Assembly: GCF_964355755.1 (NCBI RefSeq) | Contig: NC_092673.1 | Location: 4,898,001 to 4,962,000, forward strand | Direction: 5' to 3' | Origin: Antedon mediterranea | Lineage: Eukaryota > Animalia > Echinodermata | DNA: 64,000 bases | Shown: positions 1 through 12,000 of the stretch, one piece after another | Layout: each line of letters starts with the position of its first letter | Numbering within the stretch: the first letter of the stretch is position 1 | Position numbers and translations under genes: made by a program | Notes under the pieces: generated by a model | Told to the model about the DNA's origin: nothing | The model's input: the letters and a program-made list of their open reading frames with translations, nothing else | Databases searched by the model: none

Positions 1-40
1 TCGCTTTCTACTGCTGCAAATGAAGTAGCAATAGCTGAAG
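1..40 (+). CDS. vinculin-like exon (partial): SLSTAANEVAIAE
   Basis: Open frame ending GAAG|GTAATT, phase 1, matching the next acceptor. Confidence 0.7.
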
Positions 41-3000
41 GTAATTAATGTTGCTTCTTTAAAGCCCTGTCTACACAATAAAACTTTATGTGACAAAAAA
101 ATGTGATGTTCCTATATATATATATAGACATGATATGTCATATCACTACCATATTTGGGCGCATCACACTTTTTTTGTGAACTAGTTTGATAGTGTAGAC
201 AGGACTTTATTCGTGACGCTTATTGTATCCATAGAGATACTATTAAACTACTGGATAGTCAGGTGACAGTGAATGTGAAAAATTCAGGGACTGCTCAACA
301 TTGCAGTGGTATCTGTTGAAATAAATAAGAAATAAATAATAAAATAACCACATATGTTGGAACATATATATTTACAGTACAGTTTTAATCAAATTATTTC
401 TATAAATTCTGTTAATGACCAAAAAATCTATAATTTCTTGAGTCTTGAATTTTTGCATTCCAGAATTGTATAAGAATATATTTGCCTGTTAATATACTTT
501 TTAAACATTGTGTACGAAAAAAAAACGTTTGCGCGCCACCTGTTGTCCTGCCTGTGTTTTTAAACACTACTGCGAGATATGCAACAGCAGCAGATTTTTG
601 TGTACGATTTGGAGATATATATATGTACTAATTTCATTCAAAAAGGCATTTATTAATGCCAAATTAGCTTTAGATCGTTTTTAGGATTTTGATTAATTAA
701 TGGGGACATCCCTACAAGACGTGGAATCGTTGGAAAAACAATAATTAGCCTAGATAAGTTCCAATTGTCTGTCGAAGTTTTGCCTTTCAGCCAAGCTAGT
801 AGTACTACTACTAGGTCTAGCCCAGCTAGGCATGTTATTATTAGGCTAGGCGTAGCCTTGCTAGGCCTAAGATTGTTTGGGAGTTTGTTGACATAATTAA
901 CACTAAAGTAGGAGTGTTTATAAAATCCATATAAATATAACATTTAATATAATATTAAAAACCAAATGTTACTGTTTTAATCAATGTCAATGAAATGTAC
1001 AGTAGGCCTCTTGTTGACTAGGGCTACCTTTTGTTTGATTCAAATGACAGGAATCTATTTAGATGTTATATAAAACAAATAATGAATGTTTTATATTCGT
1101 GTAATGGTACAAATAATGGCATTTGGTGAATGACGAAAGGTTATATCAACTCGGCGTTGCCTCGTTGATATAACCTTTCATCATTCACCTCATGCCAATA
1201 TCTGTACCATTACACTCATAAACATTCATTATTTATATATTAAAGCTCTGTCACTATGAAACTTTATATGACAAACAAATGTGTTGTGCCCATATATGGA
1301 CATATCACTACTATATTTGGGTATATCACTACTATATTTGGGCACATCACACTTATTTTGTCAAACTAGTTTGATAGTGTAGACAGTGTAACAGTGTAAC
1401 AGTATGTGTACATTCATTGTTAAAGGAGATGTGAGCCTAGAGAGCAAGTTAGAACTTTTAGTTCTTGAGTGGGCAGTAAAACATCATCAGCTTTTTCAAG
1501 TGATCTCTTCCATTGATAAGAAGTCAATGTTAATGACAGATAATTTGGAAGATGCCTTACAGACAGGCTCTCAGGAATTGATTGAGAAAGAGGCTGGGAA
1601 CATAAAAAAGGCATGTGGTAGATTGGTGGAGACAGCAACGACTGCTATCCTTGGGTAAAGAGAACTAGATTTTAATATTCAATCGGCAACGTTCTTGCCT
1701 TATCCTATCTTAGTTGAATAACAAGTACCTATGTATTTAGGAATATAGGTTATATTACCTAAGATTAAAAGAACAAACCTGAAAAATGAAGATTGATTAA
1801 ATCAGACTTTGGATAGGTTATTTTGTAGTTTTAATAAAGTTAATCACTTTCATAGAAAAAACGAAAAAAAAAAAAATGTTTTTATTTATAAAATGACAAA
1901 ATAAATGGTTAAATTCAACCAAAAACCATTGGATTGCAGCCACTTTGACTATTTTTTGCTTTAAATTACTGATTTTTACGGTAAATTTTTGTTCAAATAG
2001 GATAAATATTATGTGACATACAAAAATTTAAAAAACATTTTTTTAGGGGGACAGTACATCTTTAATATATAAATAAAATAACTTTTGTTCAATAATACAC
2101 ACATGAGTATTGTTTTTAAAGATGTCTGTTTAAATAATGTAAAAATAAATGATGATATGTAATAAATTTATAATAATTTGTTTTAAGTCTAAAAGACTCA
2201 ATGAAGGTTGAGGAAACAACAGAAGCAATGTCAGATGTTGATAAACTATCAACTGAACTGATGTCAATGCTGTTGCAGACACTCGGTAAAGTTGATATCA
2301 ATCATCCTATCCAGCCTAGAGTTCTTCTAATTCAGAGGCAGTTAAAGGCTAAGGCAAGTTAAATTTAATTTATTGATTCAGTAATAGTAAAGGTTTTGTG
2401 AACAGCCATACATCATGCAAACAAACTTTGCTTTCTGTTATACATTTCTGTACTAATTAATATCTTCAAATTCAAAATTAACTACACATTCTAAACTTAA
2501 TACATAGTATTCTGTTATTTTATTGTATATTCTTTGATTTTATTTGATTGAAAAATGTAATCACTACAGGCCACACAACTGGGTATGTTGATTGATGAGA
2601 GTGTAAGTGACATGGGTCTGGCAATAGATACAATGATGGGAGTAGCATCGGCTGCAAGGCAGGCTACTGGTGAGTACTAAATCTTAAGCTAATTTTCATT
2701 AAGGTAAGATAATGGTGAGGTTTTTTTTTAAATTCTAAATACAGTTATATTTATCGAAGCTATGTACACAGTACAAATTAATCGCTTGTATAAATTACCG
2801 TTTATTCTGTTTACCATCCTAAAACGAAAGCTTACAACTCTGAAAAAGCCACCAACAGACTACAAAATATAGTTGTGACTAAAATCATGTGTATGTGCGT
2901 GCAACATCATGGTCATCATTCTTATTGTAATCAAAATATCCTCCTGTTGCTATTTCTACAATAATATGAAAACAATTATGTATTATATAATAATTTCTAT

Positions 3001-6000
3001 TGTTCATTTCCAGGACCATCTCAAACACAACTACTCGTTCAGTTTCAAGTCATGGCTGAGAGCCTAACCCAGAATGTTTCTCATGCTAGGCAGGTCTGTG
3101 CAAGAGCCTTGCTACCAGTAACTGACAAGTTAGCCAAGGAAATGCTTTTCTCCAGTGTTGATAAAATGTGCCGACTTACACCAACTGTGATTTCAGAGGC
3201 TAGAAATTTAGTTGGTATGATCAAAAGTTTTTACCATCTATTTTCTGTAAATATGAAAGTCTTAAGAAAGATTGAATTGTTGACACCACAGCTTTGCAAA
3301 CAAATTGAAAGGCAGCAGATTTTAGAAAATGTTAACATGTTTTTCAGATGATGTTCAAGGCTCGAACCAAAGACTCGGAGCTGCCAAGCGAGAGTGGTCT
3401 GCAAATGCCACTGCAGTTCTTCATGGCATCACCAAACTTCCAGAGGCTGATCCAGCTTCACTCGCAGGTGGTCTTTTAATTTTTTTTTTTTATTGTTATT
3501 AATGATTCAATACCCCATATCCATTCTTTCCTAATTGATCCACATCATGTTTCGTTTCAATCTTTCTTGTTCTTCCCTTTCTGAGGTATTAATTCTGGTC
3601 CTCATGCTTAACTGGAGACTGAGGGTACCCAAGAAGATTTCTATTTTTTTTATTACTCTTAGTACTTGAATTGCGGTTCTAGCATACATTTGTTTCTCTG
3701 TATTGTGCTTTAAAATCTATATCTCGCTCCCCACCTTTGAATCTAGAATATAGATTCTGATAGATTTTATTCTTGGTTTTGTCAGCCTTTATCGTATGGG
3801 GAATATGATTTCTATAATCACAGTCTCCTTTAGCTTAAATAAATAAATACATACACTGTTTTTTTTATATTATTGTGTGAACATATAATTAATATTGTAT
3901 TACTGTATATATATTTTGTATATTTCATATTAACAACCATTTTCAGCCAATGGCTTTGTATGTTTTTATACCTTAATAAATACAAACTGTTTATGGTAGT
4001 CCTGGCAGTAGTTAAAAATTGTGTCCGTTTACTTGTAAAATAAAGGTATGCTTCTTCCATCCAAATCTAATATGTATGTGCAATATATTACTGTTTTTAT
4101 GTTTTTTTTTCTTTTAAAAATCTAGAGATGGCAACAACACTGAAGGAGATGCAGATGCTAAATACATTGAGTCCACAAAATTGGATTCCAACACTTTCAG
4201 CAAAACAGGCAACACCAGGTGGGCCTTACCAACACAATCACAACAGCAGTATTCCTCAAACAGAGCCACAAATGTTTTCATCCCAAGCGTCACAACTTTG
4301 TGAGTCAGAGGTTATCTTTAGATATATTTTATTTCAATAGGCAAATAGCCAAGGCTTATTAATTGATAATGATTTCTGTCATATTAGATAGGTTATTATT
4401 TGAAATATTTATAATATTATCTGGATTTGTTAAGCCTTGTTAAAAAAAATCATCTGCTTACTGACATATGCTGAACAGATAACCTAAAATAGTATCAATT
4501 ACTGTAATCAGATTATGTAAAGAATGTTATAGTCAGCAAAATGTTTAGCTATCTCACAACCGGACACCCTTGGGGTGGCTGGAATGTCTGCTGTTCCGGA
4601 AATCTGGTTTTCAGAATGAATTTTCAATATTAGGACAAAATTTGGAACCCTTTGAACCAGAAACAAATTTTGGGAGAATTTCAATTTTTCAGACAGTCTG
4701 GTTTCAAGAGGAGCTTTCGATTTCCCAAATCAGGTCATCCCAAATTGAAAACTCTCTATTGTACTACTTTTCTATCTATAAAGCTCTGTCTACACTATCA
4801 AACAAAATATATATATGGACATGATGATGTCATATCACTACCATATTTGGGCACATCACACTTTTGTTGTCAAACTAGTTTGATGTGTAGACAGAGCTTT
4901 ATAACGGAGATATTTTGACAACCATGAACATCTTTCAACACCATCAAACTTTATGTGACAACAAAATGTGATGTGCCCATATATGGGCATGATGATGTCA
5001 TATCACTACCATATTTGGGGATATCATTACCATATTTGGGGATATCACTACCATATTTGTCAATAGAAAGTAAATTTGTCTAGTTTGACAAATTACAGAC
5101 ACATTTCAGAAATCCAAAGTATAATGAAAATTCCACCAAAATAAAAAAAAATAAAAAATTCCTAATCACGCCTACATTTTTCATTTCTTTGCTTTCTTTT
5201 TTATTATTCTGTCACATTTATATTATTCATATATAAATATTTTAATATTTGATAAACAAAATATATTGATTAATTATAATTGTGTTTATTATTAGATGGT
5301 CACTCTTCAAACTTTCAACAACCGATGACATCAACACCTAACCCCGGTAGACCCTCACGTGACCGGTACAGTGTGCCACCAAAAGTGAGCTTTAGAGAGA
5401 GCCGAGGACGATCACTATCACCAGTTAAACTAAAAAACTGTGGCCAAGGAACCAAAGGGTATGTCATTTTTATAGAAACTTATAGATTTTTTTATCAATT
5501 AGTTTATTTTGTGTTGGTTTTTGTTTTGTTTGTTTTAGTTTGTTTAAATTATATTTAAGAAATTTAATATTTTTTGACACAAAATTTTTTTTGTACATTT
5601 TGATATTTTGAATTCCGAATCAATTATGATATTGAAAAGGCACTGTAGGCAAGTGGTTATAATGCTTACCAATTCCAGGTCTTTGGTTCAAGTCACAGTG
5701 CCAGGATTTTGTCATGGCCTCATACAGGACTTTAGATACTAAAAGTGTATTTCCCATTCTATAATGTTGCTGTTATTACAAAAAGAAGACTCAGTAATTA
5801 TTGTTTTGAATGACGTTATTCTTATTCGAAATGACTGTGTTCATACTTGTTGTCGTTGCTTTTTATTGGAATGTTTTTTGTTTTTCTGCCATGTTGGTTG
5901 ATGTGTGATTGTTTTCGTAGTCCCTACAGAACCAGACATGTTAGTTATAGGTAAGTTATGTTGTATGTAACCTTGTTGCGCTAACACTAACCCCACTCAC

Positions 6001-9000
6001 ATTGCAAATTAGAGGCCAAGCTTTTGAATAATGTTGTCATCATTTACTCTATATTAGTAATATTTCACCAATTTTTACTAATTTATCATTTATAGCAAAA
6101 AACCCATATGAAGAGACACCTTCTGGACCCAACAAATGTGCCTTCAAAAAAAGTCAATAGGGTTCATATGTTTCCACTTGTTGGTTCCATGTAAAAGTAA
6201 CCCATATTAGAGGTGTCCTCTGAATAGAGGTTTCCCAACCGGACCTAGCCTAGCCTAACCTAGCATGGTATATTTTATTCATTGTTCCTATAACCATTAA
6301 AACCATTAATTCTTTTAACAGTCATTTACAAACGTATTTCAAAGTTTAACACATACAGACAGTTCTGTCATCTTTGTTAATGTTTTCATTTATCTCACTA
6401 GTCACTTTTATTCATCATTGTACTTCGTTTTATTGTCTTTCTTGTATTTTATATTTGTTTGCTCTATATATGATATTAAAGAAAGATAATTATATGTTGT
6501 TCACACAAGCACCCTTTTTAGGCTCATCTTGGCCTATAGTACAGTCAACTCTCCCAATACCGGACACATTTGGCCTGGCCAAATATACCTGTTTTCCGAA
6601 AATTCTGGTATTCGAAATATGTTTTTAATGGTAAAAGGGAATTTGGGACATTTTGGTCCTCAAGAAAAGTATGGTATATTAGATGAGTTTCTAGTTTTCA
6701 GAGAGATTGGTAATGGGAGAGTTGACTGTATTTTATTTCACAAAAATGTTGTACATAAATTGTATAGTGTATTGACTGTACTTGTACTTTGTTTACCTAA
6801 AAAGAAATATATTTTTGTATATTGATGATTGACGTAGACAGATTGTATTCCAAAAAAAACAAATAAGATAGTTTAGTTCAGGAAACATGCCAGAGCAGGT
6901 GTCAACATTATCAAAACAAACTTTCAATTGTACTTTCACTCCTTGTTTTGTTATGTTTTTTTTAAAGAATGATTCAACAGCCTTAAGATATCAAATTCTT
7001 TGTTTCTGAATACTGTATGTGATTACTATTTCAGAGCTTAAAGAAAAAAAAACATGAAAATTGAAGATTAATAAAATCAGACTTTAAATATGCCATTTTG
7101 CATTTTTTTGGTTTTAATAAAGTTATTCACTTCTGTTAAAAAAAAAGAAAAAAGGATAAGATAAAAGAAATGTTTAATTTTAACGAAAAACCATTGTCTG
7201 ACAAACAATTTAAGTATTTTTTGCTTTAAATTACATTTTTTTCAGGTAAATAATTTTTTTCGATCCAGGTTTTGGTCAAAGTGAATAACTATTATGTGAC
7301 ATTAAAATGGCATATTAAAAAAAAAATGTTAGGGAACCAATATATCTTTAAGAACTGTTGCTTGGTGGTTTACATGCTTGCCTTTCAATCCCAAGATCCG
7401 GGGTTCAAACATGACCTAGGTTGTAACTCACAACTCTTTTAACTCCACTCCCTAAGCCTCAAATAAGATTTTAGTTTATAAGATAAGCATGATAAAGTCT
7501 AAAATAGTTTTCCATTCTGTAATTGGCAAGTTTCTTGCTGTTGGATCTGTATGTACTGTAATACAAAATTAAGTACCTTAAAGAAAGATACAATTTCTTT
7601 GGTTTCTAGATAGTGTGTGAGTACTATTTCTGACCCTAAGGTTTTAAAGATTTTTTACTATTAAATTATTAACCTAATTTATAATGTACTCTTAGTGACA
7701 TTGGTACATGGCGATAAAATACTAGCCTACTAGTCACAAGTTTATAGGCTCAAATCTATTTATTTTTTCATTTTACCAGATATTTTTCATTTGTCCTTGC
7801 CCTAAATTTTTACATGTGACCTTAGTGTTCATATTTAGTTTAATTCTGCAAAGATCATGAAAATTATATAACAATTAATTTTAATACAAAATTATCAAAA
7901 AATATCGACATTTACATATTTGACTTTATTTTATTTCCTCCAAATTGGCAATAGGTCGTGGTTAATATAAAACATTTAAAAAAAGTCCTTGATCTTAATA
8001 TTTTAATTTGACCTTAATTTTCACATTTTCGTGCAAAGAGCATGAGAAATAAGCAATTAAAATGTTAAATTCATATCATAATTATAATAATTTCTATAGA
8101 AAAATATCTAAATATATAAAAATGACACATGACTGTGGCTAAACCACAAAATCTAAACTGATTTAAAACTAGAAAGCCACTCCGAGAGTGCATACCTCTG
8201 CCTACTGTAAAATTCTCCTACAAAAGATTTCTCCGGTAAATAAAAATATATATATATATTTGTGTGTGTCTTAATGCTTTTGTGATTTAGGCTAATTTCA
8301 CTACAAGCATGTGTATGCGAGTTTGGTGTAATGGTTATGTAACAAGCCTTTCAATTAACAATAGCTTCAGTTGACTAAATAGAACAGCAACGCGAAAATC
8401 AAGCGAGTGAATTTCAAAAGAAAATAGGTTTTTTAAACTACTGGCATCAAAAAACGTGCACATTAAATCAAATTATGTTTTAAAATTACAAATCACAAAC
8501 TAGACATGAAACTCGTCACTTTGACGAGTTAGTTATCCGCACCACGACAAACGCCACGTGCACGTCTTACGTTGGAATATTGCACACAGGTAAAGATTAT
8601 GGCATTATGACAAGAACTGAAGAATATGATATGCTGTTAGTGCTGAATTCTGTCAATTTTGTGTCATATAGTATACATGCAAACAGTATAATCTGTATAC
8701 ATATTACATGCAGTGTAGAATAGGTGAAATTACGGGACCCGCCATTTATTCCAATTTTTAACATGGCGACGGTATCAAAATGAAACACTTAGATAGCAAT
8801 TTCAGAAGGAAATTATCTCAGGAACAACATATTAACGTGTAGAAGAAATTTGAATACGTAAAATATAGATGCGCACCCTTTTAAATGTGATGAACTATTA
8901 CGCAAAATATGAAAATACGACTTTTTTTATTCAACTGGCCATATGATGACGTCACAACATCCGATTGGCAAAATGTTTACATGAATTCGTATCTACAATC

Positions 9001-12000
9001 CAATAGCTTCCATAAAACGTTTTAATCGTGATTATCACATTTTATTCTTACGAGCTATTACAGATTAAAATTTACTGTAAAGATGAAATTAATGACCCAC
9101 GTAATTAAAATTTTTTGGCATGATGACGTCATAAAAATTAAAATATTTTTATCTCATGCTAAAGAAAGTTGATTGACCTACACAATATATAAATGTAGGA
9201 GAAAAAGGAATACAGATAAGCGTGATGCGCTCCATTGAATGTGATGAGCAATAACGAAAGAGACAAAAATCCTATATTTTACATTCGTGTGGCCATACGA
9301 TGACGTCACAATGTTTTTTTAGCCTTATCGATGCATGATCCGATATCTACAACTCATCAACTTCTAGATTTTGTAATAAAAATAAACGGTTCACGGTTTA
9401 CTTTAGAAACTATGACTGTTTAAAAAAAGACATAATTTTGACGATTTTTTAAGCTTTTTCATAAAAAATGAAATGTTTAATTCAACGTGTTCGTATAGCG
9501 TTATTTAAATTGGAAAAGGTCTAAATTGTTTTCAAAATTACTAGGAAAGGCTTGAAAAATATGATTCAAGGGAAAAAAATATGTTTTTAACGCTACGTGC
9601 GCACCGCGTGCGTAAAAAATTGCGCGCCCGTGGGAATTTTTGACATGCTCAAAATGACAAGAAACGCATAAAAAGTTGATTAGAAATTAATTTTGCGCAT
9701 TTTGAAATTTTAAATGCGCGTGCGCGCGTAACTTCTTGTGAAACATGCCATTTTTAATCCGTAGAAAGTTTGCCCCTGATATGACTTAAATTTTGTCAAA
9801 GTGTCAATACTAAATGACTTTTAGTTTTTAATCTATGATCAATCATTGAAATTCATAAAATTGCGCGTAAGTTACGTTGCGCAACTATGACGTCATTCAA
9901 AAATAGGAGGTGCACAACTTCACGTAAATACCCATATGTTGTCAAAGTTATGAAATGTTATGTTTACACATTTTAGAGAAACGCGATCCACAAAAAGGAA
10001 GGATGGAAAGAAGAACTAGACATGAAACTCGTCACTTTGACGAGTTAGTTATCCGCACGACAAACGCCACGTGCACGTCATACGTTGGAATATTGCACAC
10101 AGAAAAAGATTAGGGCATTATGACCTGAACTGAAGAATATGATATGTTGTTATTGCTGAATTCTGTTATTTTGTGTCATACACAGTATAATCTGTATACA
10201 TATCACATACAGTGTAGAATAGATGAAATTACGGGACCCGCTATTTATTCCAATTTTTAATGTTGACGGTTTCAAAATGAAAAACTAAGGTAACAATTTC
10301 GGAAGGAAATTATCTCAGCAACAACATATTAACGTGTTTAAGAAATTTGAATATGGGAAATATTGATGCGCGCTCTTTTAAATGTAATGAACTATGATGC
10401 AAAAGATGAAAATACGACTTTTTTTATTTAACTGGCCATATGATGACGTCACAACATCTAATTGGCAAAATGTTCACATGAATTCGTATCTACAATCCAA
10501 TAGCTTCCTGAAAATATTTTAATCATGATTATCACGTTTTATTCTGACGAGCTATAACAGATTGAAATTTACTGTAAAGATGAAAATAAGTGACCCAGGT
10601 TATTTACATTTTTAGACATCATGACGTCATAAAAATTAAAATATTTTTAACTCATGCGAAAGATAGTTGATTGACCTAGAAAATATAAAAATCGGGATGA
10701 AAATGAAAAACAGATAAGTGAAGATGCGCTCTATTAAATGTGATGAGCTATGATGAAAGATACAAAAATCCTATATTTTATATTCGCGTGGCCATATGAT
10801 GACGTCACAATGTCCGGTTAGCCATATTAATGCATGATCCGATATCTACAACTCATCAACTTCCAGAATATGTAATTAAAAAAAAGTTCTCCATGTAGTT
10901 TAGAATCTATGACTGTTTAAAAATAGGCATAATTTTGACGAATTTTTGAACTTTTTCACCAGAAACGCGTGCAAATTATTTAATTCGACGTGCTCGTATG
11001 ACGTAATTTTAAGTCGAAATTGTTTAAAGGTTGGTAACATTACTATAAAAGGCTGAAAAAACATAAATCAAGCGAAAAAAATATGTTTTTAACGCTACGT
11101 GTGCACCGCGTGCGTAAAAAGTTTCGCGCGCGTGGGAATTTTTGACATGCTCAAAATGACATGAAACGCATAGAAAGTTGATTAGAAGTTTATATTTCGC
11201 ACGTTAAAATTTTAAACGCGCGTGCGCGCGTAACTTTTTGTGAAACATGCTATTTTTAATCCATAGAAAGTTTGCGCTTGATATGACTTAAATTTTCACA
11301 AAGTGTCAAAACAAAATTATGTTTCGTTTTTAGTCTATGATCAATCATTGAAATTCATAAAATCGCACGTAAGTCACGTTGCGCAAATCTGACGTCATTC
11401 AAAAATAGGAGGTGCACAAGTTCACGTAAATGTCGATATGTTGACAAAGTTACGATATGTTCTGTTTACACGTTTTAGAGAAACGCGACGCACAAAAATG
11501 ACAGAAGGAAAGAAGTATAATACAGAAAAAAAAAAAAAAAAAGATGATGAAACAGGACGATTACAAGGAGTTATCCGCTACTAAGCGGATAACTAATAAT
11601 ACAGAAAAAAACTGTTGATCTCATACAATAACAAGGAGTTATCCGCTTGGTATACCAAGCGGATAACTAATTATAACTCTTGCCTCTTGTACAAAAATGA
11701 AGTTTTTTGGACAAGTAGTTCTCGAGAAAATGCAATTTCAGTATACTTGTTACTTTAAGACTGCTCGACGGCTTTTGAAAAATTCTGTCCGATCTTTTAA
11801 CACTAGCAGGTCTGTATAAGTATATATAAGTATACTAAAAAGTGGTCCAGAATTGGGACAATGGTCCCAAAATTTAATGGAATGGTCCTTGACCACATAT
11901 CTATCTGTATATTCATTTTGGTAAAGATCTTGTAATTACTTTTTGAGTAATCCTGCTAACAAACAAACAAACAAACACACGCTACCGATTACATATACCT

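Noticed and set aside
5640-7530. tRNA-like boxes at about 5650 and 7360
   Set aside because: Too degenerate; probably old SINE heads whose boundaries cannot be supported
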